A stretch of DNA of 47,124 nucleotides from NCBI RefSeq assembly GCF_001194135.2, contig NC_068994.1, positions 52,299,503 through 52,346,626 of the forward strand, written 5' to 3'. Position numbers and translations under genes: made by a program. The notes below the pieces were generated by a model that searched no databases, was not told the origin of the DNA, and saw only the letters and a list, made by a program, of their open reading frames with translations. This DNA is from Octopus bimaculoides. Lineage: Eukaryota. The first letter of the stretch is position 1. Each line of letters opens with the position of its first letter. Shown piece by piece: positions 24,151 to 36,726 of this stretch.

Positions 24151-26284
24151 GCTGAAAATGCAATTACATTCACACTTTGCTCCCGCGAGCGACCCGCGTG
24201 CGTGTGTGCACATATTCTTATTTTGTAATCACAAGATTCTGATACATGTATTTTGCTAGTATATTCCTTTACTGAGCTACAGCTGTATCCTGAAAATTTT
24301 AACTTCTTTGATTTTTGGAGAAGTTTTATTTAACCATAAACCTCTTCTGTTAAATATTATTCGTTACAAAGATCGCATACATATGTGTAAAAGTTTTTCA
24401 TCCATTAACATGTAATACCAAAGCTAAAGCAAATATGTCAACCATCATTATTTTTTTGGATGTGATATTTACTTTTCTACTTCAAAAGACCTAATGATGG
24501 AGTCACATCTTACTAGGGAGGCTTCTTACATATTTAGTACTACTCAATCCTTAAATCTTCAACACCGTCTTTAGTGGGAAACACAAAGGAGACACCATAA
24601 CAAACATTACAGCCTACATGCAAACCGGTAGAGCATTAGAATTAACACAACTACATAAAGAAACTCAAATATCGAGGAAGCTGTTACAGTATTGGTACTT
24701 CTTAAATAATTTATAGAAACATTTCAAATAAACGACGACCACATTAAAATATTTTGAAGCCAACTAACACGAATGAGCATTATATTAACAATAGAAATTA
24801 ATATATCGTGTATACATACATACATACATACATACATACATGCATACATACATATATATACCCATATATATGTGTGTGTGCTAGTATATATATGTATTTA
24901 TAACTACGGGCGTATTTTGTGTGCATATATGCATCTAACTATATAGAAAACATTAAACACACTTGAAAAATTACAATTATTAGATTGAGATATGAATAAT
25001 ACATATCGCTTGCCTAAAATTTCAAGTTAAAATTAATTTAAAAGGAATATAAAATGCCAGCGAGGAAAGTTGTCTGTTGTTGTAGCGCATACGATTGGAA
25101 AAAAAGAAGGAAAGCATTAAGAGGAGAGAGAGAGAGGAGGTATTTATTAGAATTCGAAAGAATCTAATGCAAAATCGGTAGAGACAGTGAGTATATATAT
25201 ATATATATATATATGTATGCATGCACATATGTATATGTATATATGTATATATATNNNNNNNNNNNNNNNNNNNNNNNNNNNNNNNNNNNNNNNNNNNNNN
25301 NNNNNNNNNNNNNNNNNNNNNNNNNNNNNNNNNNNNNNNNNNNNNNNNNNNNNNNNNNNNNNNNNNNNNNNNNNNNNNNNNNNNNNNNNNNNNNNNNNNN
25401 NNNNNNNNNNNNNNNNNNNNNNNNNNNNNNNNNNNNNNNNNNNNNNNNNNNNNNNNNNNNNNNNNNNNNNNNNNNNNNNNNNNNNNNNNNNNNNNNNNNN
25501 NNNNNNNNNNNNNNNNNNNNNNNNNNNNNNNNNNNNNNNNNNNNNNNNNNNNNNNNNNNNNNNNNNNNNNNNNNNNNNNNNNNNNNNNNNNNNNNNNNNN
25601 NNNNNNNNNNNNNNNNNNNNNNNNNNNNNNNNNNNNNNNNNNNNNNNNNNNNNNNNNNNNNNNNNNNNNNNNNNNNNNNNNNNNNNNNNNNNNNNNNNNN
25701 NNNNNNNNNNNNNNNNNNNNNNNNNNNNNNNNNNNNNNNNNNNNNNNNNNNNNNNNNNNNNNNNNNNNNNNNNNNNNNNNNNNNNNNNNNNNNNNNNNNN
25801 NNNNNNNNNNNNNNNNNNNNNNNNNNNNNNNNNNNNNNNNNNNNNNNNNNNNNNNNNNNNNNNNNNNNNNNNNNNNNNNNNNNNNNNNNNNNNNNNNNNN
25901 NNNNNNNNNNNNNNNNNNNNNNNNNNNNNNNNNNNNNNNNNNNNNNNNNNNNNNNNNNNNNNNNNNNNNNNNNNNNNNNNNNNNNNNNNNNNNNNNNNNN
26001 NNNNNNNNNNNNNNNNNNNNNNNNNNNNNNNNNNNNNNNNNNNNNNNNNNNNNNNNNNNNNNNNNNNNNNNNNNNNNNNNNNNNATATATATACATATAT
26101 ATATATATATATCGAAAAAGTGAAATATATGTGTATATGTATATATATTTAGTTTCTATTTTTAAACAGGTATGTTGTTGACAGTTTCGACCAGCTAAGC
26201 CATCGTTCGCAGTCACTGTCAAAAAACATTCTTGAATGAGAATAATAAAGTAACTCATCAGATTAATGTAAACTTATATACATA

Positions 26285-26405
26285 TCTACATTATTTACAA
26301 TTGACGGATATTTGTCCTCATCTTGTTTGTTGTTAACACAACGTTTTGGCTGATATACCCTCCAGCCTTCTTCAGGTGGCTTGGGGAAATTTCGAACCTG
26401 GGGTC
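26285..26405 (-). mobile_element. Penelope-like element terminal-repeat remnant
   Basis: Carries a PLE-type minimal hammerhead motif and adjoins a SINE B copy. Confidence 0.6.
26334..26379 (-). ncRNA. Minimal type I hammerhead ribozyme motif with a G12A substitution
   Basis: Minus strand reads ccac-CTGAAGA-a-GGCTG-gagggtatat-CAGCC-AAAA-CG-T-T-gtgtt. It has the CUGANGA box, a 5-bp stem II, palindromic ACGT as stem III and CAC/GTG as stem I. AAAA replaces GAAA (position 26347). Confidence 0.7.
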
Positions 26406-26409
26406 TTAT

Positions 26410-26737
26410 AGCTCCGATCAATGGAACAGCCTGCTCGTGAAATTAACGTGCAAGTGCCTGAGCAGTCCACAGACATGTGTACCCTTAACGTGGTTCTCGG
26501 GAAGAATTAAATGTAACAAGACTGGCCCTTTGAAATACAGGTAAAACAAGAAGAAACAGTGAGCGAAAGTTGTGGCGAAAGAGTACAGCAAGGTTCGGTA
26601 CCATCCTCTGCCGGAACCTCGTGGGGCTGTAGGTGTTTTCGCTCAATAAACACTCACAATGTTCGGTCTAAGAATCGAAACCGCGATCCTATGACCGCGA
26701 GTCCATTGCCCTAACCACTGGGCTATTGCGCCTCCAC
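26410..26737 (-). mobile_element. tRNA-head SINE family B
   Basis: Reverse complement of 45611-45930, including the head gtggaggcgcaatagcccagtggttagggca..ggtttcgattc. Confidence 0.92.
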
Positions 26738-26978
26738 AGAAACCAATACGTTAATAAAAAAATGACTGTGATGTCTTCTATAATTGCTACTGAGTGAAGT
26801 AGTACGTTTAACTTTTATGATATTGCTTTATATTCCTGATGTTGATGTTAGTGACTTCGCATTCAAACAAGTACCTTGTACTGATTCTCTGTTTGAGGAA
26901 TTGAATTTTGTGATAAATTTCATTAAGTTCTTCAATAACTTATGTTCCTTTCATGAATGTGATTAGGAAGAATATATG

Positions 26979-27020
<42 letters not shown>

Positions 27021-29074
27021 NNNNNNNNNNNNNNNNNNNNNNNNNNNNNNNNNNNNNNNNNNNNNNNNNNNNNNNNNNNNNNNNNNNNNNNNNNNNNNNN
27101 NNNNNNNNNNNNNNNNNNNNNNNNNNNNNNNNNNNNNNNNNNNNNNNNNNNNNNNNNNNNNNNNNNNNNNNNNNNNNNNNNNNNNNNNNNNNNNNNNNNN
27201 NNNNNNNNNNNNNNNNNNNNNNNNNNNNNNNNNNNNNNNNNNNNNNNNNNNNNNNNNNNNNNNNNNNNNNNNNNNNNNNNNNNNNNNNNNNNNNNNNNNN
27301 NNNNNNNNNNNNNNNNNNNNNNNNNNNNNNNNNNNNNNNNNNNNNNNNNNNNNNNNNNNNNNNNNNNNNNNNNNNNNNNNNNNNNNNNNNNNNNNNNNNN
27401 NNNNNNNNNNNNNNNNNNNNNNNNNNNNNNNNNNNNNNNNNNNNNNNNNNNNNNNNNNNNNNNNNNNNNNNNNNNNNNNNNNNNNNNNNNNNNNNNNNNN
27501 NNNNNNNNNNNNNNNNNNNNNNNNNNNNNNNNNNNNNNNNNNNNNTTAAGAGGAGAGCATGAAAGAGAGTAAATGAAATGAGTGCCAGAAAAAAAAAAAA
27601 GAAAAGCAAGATGAATAAAGTTAATAAGATTACTGTGATTTCTATTTTTTTTTTTTTTTCATTATAGAAATATATCTTCATTTAGTAAATAATTATTCTA
27701 TCATTTCTGGTTGCACGGCAGGCTTCTTTCATTCACTATATTTCTGTAGTTGGAGCATTTGATTCGGGAATCTATTTGAATGCAACATATGTTTGTAACA
27801 TTTTCACGGCTTTATTCAATGTAATTCTCTAAAATCATTAGTTAAATTCTATATAGCAATGCTTTTTTCAAGTTGATGGCTCGAAGCATTGGAAGCCTTA
27901 TACATACAAAATGTATTTTCCTTTTTCAGATATTAAAGAATGTACTTCGTTGCTTTTCGATGTGGACTGTCTATAATTTAGGAAGAAAAGATATTTCAGC
28001 GACTGAGAGATATAGTTGTTTTCCGGGGTGTATGGTTTAGAATAAATCCCGGAATCTTGTCACATTTAATCTAGACTTATCTTATTATACAAACAGAGAC
28101 ACACATATCTATCAATCATCTATCAATCATCTATCAATCAATCAATTAACCTCTCTGTCTGTTTGTGTATTTGTCTCCCTGTTTATCTCTATATCATACA
28201 CGCACACATACACACACGCACACACACAAATAAACATATGCATGTGTGTAATATATGCATGTGTGTAATATATGCATTATAGCACCTGAAAGAGTATATC
28301 AAAATTGGCTTGTGGAATTTGTTCTCAAGGAAAACATTAACTGTAAATATACAAAGCACTGGCTTAGGGAGAGAGACTTGTTCAAGAAATGTGAACTAGC
28401 GTGTAAGAAATTCCTATCTTTCCACCTCTCACTGAACAATTAATGATCTAGTATGCCTTAAAACCTAAAAACAAATAAGGTATGCCTTTAAAACTATAAA
28501 AAAAAAATTCGCTTTATAAGAAACGTCTACCTCGACAGATTTGCCACAAGTTAAATCGTGTTTATAATTGCCGAGCAGGATGAAATAATACTCTACATTG
28601 CTATCAACGACAAAGAACTTTAGAAACATTAAGAATATTTTATTGTTTAGAAAGATTTAAATGCGGGTGTTCTGTACACCTTCTTTACTCTTTGATGTAC
28701 ATTCCAAACTTTCATATCGAACCCAACATAACTTAAACTACAAAAGATTGTCTCTTCAGTAATATTCAATCACCAGGAGCATACCATTTCTGTAAATCGT
28801 TTTCCGTTAATCTTTTGATCAAGCAAGAATGCTGTGCTCATGTAACACTAAAACATCCACGAATGATAAGAACGATAGAAGTATCTTCAAGCAGGAAACC
28901 TGACCTGAATACTTCCAACGGAGTAGGGATCAAGGCACTCACCGGGAGATATAGAGTGGTAAGGTGTCTAACCCAGGTGACAATTTAAGTTTATCTCTCA
29001 AGTGAGTTATAGCACACTTTCAACGCCGAGAGCATCAAATCGAACGTTTGTAATGTTCACTCAATCCGACATAT

Positions 29075-29165
29075 TGTATTGGTACGTATGTATCGACACC
29101 CGAAAGGAGAAAATGTAATGTTGATCTCAGTGTCAAAAGAGTCAACAAATACCGAAAAGCATTCT
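29075..29165 (-). mobile_element. SINE family A remnant
   Basis: ggtac..tatcgacacccgaaagga..aaataccg. Confidence 0.5.
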
Positions 29166-29230
29166 GTTCGCTGGTCTCTCGACTCATCAAATTTGACTCC
29201 TACCCAGTGCATATATATATATATATATAT

Positions 29231-29232
<2 letters not shown>

Positions 29233-29280
<48 letters not shown>
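29233..29280 (+). repeat. (GATA)n microsatellite
   Basis: Direct reading. Confidence 0.97.
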
Positions 29281-29849
29281 TCGTGAGCAGGAAAACATAC
29301 AGAAATACATGTCCATAATGTATGCATGCATTCATGTACGCATATATGTATAAAGAAGTGTAAAATCAAAATTAAACCCTCAGTAGTGTTAGTATGCCAC
29401 AAAATGAAGAGGATACTGCTATATCTGTCCTGGGCGCTCGTCAGAGGATCAAATGTTTTCTACCATGGTATAGTAATTTATAATACACACGGAATATATA
29501 TACATTATGAGAGGATACACACACACACACACATATATATGCACACGCGCACATACACACACAAACACATATATATTCTGGTGTGTGTTCGTGAGAATTT
29601 TGCATTGAATTAATATGAAATTCCTATCTTCCAAGGCTTCAATCCATCTCAAAACGTTTTTGACTCTTATTTGACGTTTATACACTCCCAACCTGCGAAC
29701 ATGATTTATCTAATCCCCTTTCTTGTTCCTATTTTCTTTCTATCAATGGCATAGTATATGTATGTATAAGACACACAGAAGCACACACAAATAAGCACAC
29801 ATTGACAATTACATATCGATAAAAATACATAGATACATACATTCAGGCA

Positions 29850-29936
<87 letters not shown>

Positions 29937-30361
29937 GCATATATATATATATATACACACACACACACGCATATATATATATATATACTTGCGTGTATAT
30001 TTCTAGGCCGAAAGACATAGTGTATATATGAATGCATTATACGTAAAAGAATGTAGGCTATAATGATAAAGGTTGAGAATGGAACAATGAGATGAAAGGG
30101 TAAAACGAACATACAAGAACATACAAGAAATAGACTTGGAACAAAACCCCAAAAATGTACAAGCCACATATGAACGAGGCAGTATAGAATATGTTGGGAA
30201 CAAATTCAGGAAGATAGATTTAGAGATGTCAAAGGAATTTAATGTATGCGAAGAAAGACGAAAAGGGCAGGTAAGGAAATAGCAATAGCATCAATGAAGA
30301 ATGGAGGCGGAATAAGGGAATGCAAAAACGAGGAACAAATATGTATATATATATATATATA

Positions 30362-30578
30362 AAATCAAATAAGCAACAAGGATATTCAAGGTTACTGTAG
30401 TATGATCGTTTCATGCGGCTCCATTTATTTAAGCAATGTGAGCATTACATTAAATGTGAACATTACGTTAAATTCGAGCATTACATTAAATGTAATGCTC
30501 ACATTGCTTAAATAAATGGAGTCGCATGAAACGATCGTACTGCAGTAACCTTGAATATCCTTGTTGCTAATTTTGATT
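30362..30578. repeat. Fold-back inverted repeat (~90-bp arms, ~37-nt spacer), MITE-like
   Basis: 30372-30451 is the reverse complement of 30489-30568 with only three substitutions. The centre holds tandem copies of gagcattacattaaatgt. Confidence 0.95.
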
Positions 30579-30668
30579 CTTGATCAGCTTATTTTTGGGA
30601 ATTTTTTGGATAATACCATACTAAATTCTGGTGCCTAAACTTAAGTACCATATTCATTTTGAATCTAA

Positions 30669-30710
<42 letters not shown>

Positions 30711-31560
30711 GTTTTATATATAAGATGGAAAAGCTTATACTTACATGTTATTATTAACAAGTATGCGCTTCTTTATACAATTGTACATTCACTAATCAAT
30801 ACAAATAAAGAAAGGTAGCTCCTAAGATCACCAGAATATCATGTTTACACCACCATTTATTATTTAATAGCAGATGAGAAGGAAACGGTTGACCATCACA
30901 TTGGATAAAATTAGAAGAATGTACATAAATACATGGCTGACAAAAGACACAAAATCATGCAAGCACTAATTGCAACGCAGACTGCAACTCGAGCGACCAT
31001 TTGGTACGCAGACGTACACTGCTGAGATATAGAACTCAGAAACACGATACTATGAATGTAGAAACGATAACGATACGCCGTATAGAAGAATTTAGATACG
31101 TAGAATAATATTAAAATGCAAATAATAAAATATTATTAAAGAACAACATGAAAAAATTAACTGAGCGTCAAACAAGCTTTTGTGGATAAAGCTGAACGCG
31201 TTTGTATTTTCTGTTATATTATATTATATAACGGGCAACTTATATTTATAACGATTATATTCCTAAGAGACAACTTTACATCACCCTTCTCTAAAACAAC
31301 CAGTAGGAAATAGACAGAGTTGTAGAGAACTCGAATTCGTCCAAAAAGATGGGTTTTTCCCTAATATTGTTGTGGATTAGCCAATTTGTTTTGTTTTGTA
31401 CCTTTAAATGAATATAGTTAATTATCTGATTTTTCTAAATATCCAGATATTGCTATTATATATTAAATTCATATCAATTTGTTTTCAAATGCAATGCGTG
31501 TGTGTATGTTGTGTGCGTGTGTGTGTATGTGTGTGTATATATGTGTGTGTGCCTGTGTGT

Positions 31561-31636
<76 letters not shown>

Positions 31637-33989
31637 TATCACGCATCATTTCTATGTAACCTTATTGTGTCCATCCTCACGCATTTTGTAACTCCTATTA
31701 TTATTATTGTTGTTGTTGTGATTTTCATTGTCTTCATCGTCACCAGCTACACTCCTAATATCAATATCAATATGCTAATCATTATTGCCATCCTCTTTAT
31801 CGCAATTATCATCGCCAACTTTAATACGACTACTATACACCTGTTTGAATATCATTGCTAGCGGTTATCTTCACTGTTATCGTGACATGATATATCGGGA
31901 TTTTCATCATTTGTATCTTATTTTTGATACACAAAAACCTATAAAACGCATATAAAAGCAGCAGTAGCAACAACAGCAAGAAAAACCACATCAACAACAA
32001 CTACAGCAACAACAACAAAATATGACAAAGTCATCTTATGTACTTACCACCGTAGGCATACGTGGAAAAATACAAATTGTTAAATAAAACGAAACGAACA
32101 GAAAGAAAACCAAAATGATTTCTCTTTCAAAATTAGATTATATATGTTTTCTATATTTTGAATATATGAAGGAAAATATAAATATAAACCAAAAGAAAAC
32201 CAAAAATTGCTTTCAAAATATCTGTAGTTAAAAATGAAACTCTGTGATATGAATTCAACTTGCATGATTTTAATTATTTTCGGCTTTATTCTTCGTAGTT
32301 TCTTTTTAAATATATTTCTCGTTCCACTCAGAAAATCACATCACAAACCTCATTGAAATAAATTTACTTTTCGTGTGCGGAAAAACGGGTTAAAACGAAA
32401 ACATATTGCAAAAAGAAACTTGAACATCTTTTTTTATCACTTAATGCTTTCATATTTCATCTACTGCTTAAAACATTAAATATTTATTTTTGAAAATATA
32501 TTTACAAATATTGACGGCAGATATAAATATATATTTGATTAAAGATCTTATTTAATGGAATGACTGAATATAAACTGCAAAATGAAATATATAAATTTTT
32601 CTGCAATTAGAAGTTTAATATGGGTTTAAACAAGTTTGTATCTGATCCAGCCAACGCGGTTACAGTACATGCAATTAAGGCGAACCAGGAGTTCGTATTA
32701 ACTTTGTGATATCGCACAGTTTCCAAACAAAAAGATACATTGTTTTGTACCCAGTTTTCACCAGCTGATCAAGTAGTTGGCCAAAAGATAAGAAATGACT
32801 CATTTGATTCGTCATTCTGAATATACCATATTGGATAGAAATGAGAATATTTTATACGCACTTCATTCCCTTGAGTGATCGATAAACTATAATTATCTCC
32901 ATACAACCTCTCTCTGTTTTTATGTTGTGTCCTTATCCCTTGTTCAGGAAAACTACGAGATTTCGTGCATGGAACTTAAGTGCAGTGTTTCTGTTCTCTA
33001 TCCATATAAAAAAAACGTGCTCCCTTTGTTGCTTTTGATTATTGTGTTTTTGCTCTCTATACAATCACAGAATAAGTCCGCATGTATGATTCCTGTATTG
33101 TGTGTCTAGGTCATGTGTTTATGGTTTGTAGTCGATGTACAGAATACAGTCCCATCTCTGTGTACGTCTATGCCTACATCCTATGTCAATTTACAGAACA
33201 ATTACCGTTCAGAAGTGCCCGTCTGCAGTGGGCAGCCAAAAGATACACAATAATCAATTGTTGATTATTGGGCCGTAGTTCTGAGTTCAATTCCAATCAA
33301 AAACGGAATATTTTTACAGTTTATTTAAGCATTGTATCAAACCATGATCGATTAAAAGTGATCAAGGACATTATAGACATAAATATTCTCTCCTTTAGAA
33401 GCAAATCAACTACATCAATTTTTGGGATAAATATTCAAGGAAGCAGGAAGGGATTTGAGAGATATTAAGCTGCTATTTACAGCAGCTGGATTGACTTGGC
33501 AGAGACCTTCTTGTTGGCTGTCAGGAAGGCAAAATATCAAGGAAGCAAAACAGCCATGATGCTGGAATGGATTTTAAAGATTGACATCTACTTAAACAAT
33601 ACTGCATCACCAGTTTGCGCCGTTTCAATCCACTTGCGAATACTATTTCTTGTCTCAGAATGTGTCATAATGTCACACCACTAATCTACTATCTTTTGGT
33701 AGCAAAAAGAATATTAACTCATCTTCTGTCTAAGCAACTCCACACTTGAGGTAGGAATAGTGTACTGAAAACACCCTACAACACTGCATTTCATTTTCGC
33801 ACATTCATTCTATCATAGTACACCACATCTTAAGAAGCCAATTTCATTCAACCAATACACCATTTTATGGACCTGTACATGCATACAGAGTGAAAAAAAA
33901 CCCTACTACATCTGAACATAGACATAGTTAGCCATGGCTTATCTGCGCGCACACAAACACAGATGCACGGATATACACATCATCCCAAT

Positions 33990-34260
33990 CTCAACCAATA
34001 GACAGCCCCCGACCAACTACACATTCACTCATCACCCCATACAAAAGCACATTGCGTATACGTACATCCATTTCCTACACAATTATTCTACACATCTTTG
34101 CATTCGCACAAATTCCAGTATACTGGAATCCCTACAATCTCCCGCTCAATTTCATTCTCTGGCTAGTGGTTTCTTTCCCTCTTTCTCTTCCGATTTCTCG
34201 GCCTTACTATTTATTCTCTTCGATTCCTCTTTATCCATTTAATCTCAGTCTGATCCAGAT
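33990..34260 (+). mobile_element. Possible decayed CR1/L2-like LINE 3' fragment
   Basis: C-rich tract with peptide NSSILESLQSPAQFHSLAS, loosely like the LQSL..RR..ASL segment of CR1-type tails. Confidence 0.3.
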
Positions 34261-35169
34261 AATGACTTGTCTTAGCAGTTCACTCCACTCCTAATTTTTT
34301 TCTAGTCGAAACTTGCCACGTAAATAGTAATCTACGTAGATAGTAATCGTACATTCAATTCTCTTTCCCGGTCTCGCAAATTTTTATTCTATTCTTCAAT
34401 ATTTCTCTCTGATAAAGTGCAAAACACGAAATATCAGATTTCCCTCTATTTCTTTCTTGTTTTGAACCCTCTTGTACACTACTTTGTATGTTGTATATTT
34501 TCGCTTTATATTTATACACTTCCCAGGTAAGTGTGTTTCTCTGAATCCTTTTGTTTTTTTGTTTCTTCTACACCTCAAATTTTACTGTGACGTTATTTTT
34601 GTGATTTTTACCAGCAAATACATACATACGTACATACATACATACACAGGCACACACAGGCACACACAGGCACACACAGACACACACATGTATATGAGTG
34701 TGCGTGGTGTTTGAGTACACGTATATACATATGCATTTATTCACATAGGCCTTATATACAAACACTTTCAGAATATGTCTAAGTAATAAAGATTCACAAA
34801 ATGTTTTTCCATTTCTTCTTGCAAGGGAAATGTAAATTAAGTGAAAAATAATAATTGCAATGTTTCTTGAAACGAAAGGGAAACTAACTGGAGCATGAAG
34901 ACGTCTTTGATGGGAAAAGTGAAATTTGCAATAGATACTGTTGTTATTTTTTAATCTTTGAATCTCAAAAATCTACTCGACAGAATAATGCCACCTTAAA
35001 AGGAAATTATTAGACTGTAGGCTAAACTGTATAGTTCTATTGTACACAAAAAGAACCTTCACACATACATGAATATATATTTTATGTCTATGTTTATATA
35101 TGTGAGTGGTATGAATATTTTGTACTCAATTTTAAAATCATTTTTGCTTATTTTAAATTATTTAAGCGA

Positions 35170-35330
35170 ACGCATGGCTGCGTAGTTAAAAATTCCCCAA
35201 TGCAACACCACAATTTCTGGTTCGATTCCCCTGCGACTGTTCTCGGCGAATTATCTTCTACTACAGCTCTAGCTCAATCATTGCATTGTGAGTGAATTTA
35301 GTTGACAGAATCTTTATAGAAACCTGTTTT
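35170..35330 (+). mobile_element. SINE family D, diverged copy
   Basis: catggctgcgtagt..ggttcgattcccctgcg..tcttctacta..ttgtgagtgaattt, collinear with 3164-3320. Confidence 0.7.
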
Positions 35331-35397
35331 ATATGCATATGCTTGGTGTTTTGTGGCTACTTGTACCAGTTTCGCTGCTTATATATTAGGTATTTCT

Positions 35398-35400
<3 letters not shown>

Positions 35401-35432
<32 letters not shown>

Positions 35433-35563
35433 TATTATTATTATTATTATTAACCAAAATGAAGTAGACTGACAAATTTATTTTTTGAACCCGTTGAAGA
35501 CACAGAAGATGTCGAAATATCGTTCACTAGATAACAATGGCACTCTTCTTTTAATTTTGATTC

Positions 35564-35608
<45 letters not shown>

Positions 35609-35614
35609 TATTAC

Positions 35615-35680
<66 letters not shown>
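35401..35680 (+). repeat. (AAT)n/(TTA)n arrays at 35401-35450 and 35566-35680
   Basis: Direct reading. Source of the poly-I and poly-L ORFs. Confidence 0.95.
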
Positions 35681-35681
<1 letters not shown>

Positions 35682-36247
35682 GAGCAGTGCATGCCATCAA
35701 AGAGACACTGGGGTAAAATATACAAAGCCCAGTATACCCATCATGACTAGCTGTCTGATAAGGGCACACCAGGCACATGCATCACAACCATATGTGTGCA
35801 ACATGGTGATCACATATGATAAACAGCGCATGACCTTACAGATGGGGCCCAGTTAGAAGTTTCTTCAGGTCGAGTATCCCATCCCACTCAAACATGGCCA
35901 CAGTCGAATGACTGAGGCAAATAAAGCTGATTTTAAAAAATGTAAGCAGGTGAAGTAAAAAATCCAGGTGTATTCTTAATATATTTTATGCCATGCATTT
36001 TATGAAAAATATCCCTGAATAAGGGTTGTTTAAGGATGTTCAATAAAACACCCATGTTCCCAAAGGTGAATTATCCAAACCCCAAAGAATTGCTCTCAAC
36101 ACATGGCTATGATGCTCCCCTACTACTTCTGCTCGTGATCAGTGTTGCACATATCGTCAGCCACCAAGTGACATGCTCAACTGGTTAAGGTCAAACAACT
36201 GACTAGTTAATCAGTGGTATTGAGCAGAATATTTGCTGTAGTCCGTC

Positions 36248-36250
<3 letters not shown>
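35681..36250 (-). mobile_element. ~570-bp interspersed element embedded in a (TTA)n array (retroposon-like; family C)
   Basis: Complex non-coding block bounded immediately on both sides by (TTA)n. It resembles an abundant octopus repeat from recall. The orientation is inferred from a (TAA)n tail on the minus strand. Confidence 0.6.
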
Positions 36251-36288
<38 letters not shown>

Positions 36289-36298
36289 NNNNNNNNNN

Positions 36299-36337
<39 letters not shown>

Positions 36338-36612
36338 CATAAACATGAAATTACGTGTAACTAACTTTCCACGCTCTCAATGAATGCTTTTGAATTAACA
36401 CGATAAACTTCTACAGTTTCAATCGTTTGAATTACCGCAAATGGAAAGCTTTGAAATTCAATGTTTAGTTTCCATAGTAAACAATCCTCCCTCCAAACTC
36501 AACAATATATAAATTTCATGCTTTTGAATAAACAGACCAGCTATAGTGCGTATATATGTTAATATGCCCGCCCTTCCTCTTTCGCTCTTATGTATATAAA
36601 TTTTGCTCTCTA

Positions 36613-36726
<114 letters not shown>

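Noticed and set aside
23654-24163. 169-aa minus-strand ORF as a host gene
   Set aside because: The N-terminal half is R4/Dong-like retrotransposon and the rest is read-through into an insertion.
27930-28030. EGF-like exon start (tttttcag|DIKECTS)
   Set aside because: An in-frame stop follows after 15 codons and the EGF cysteine spacing is absent.
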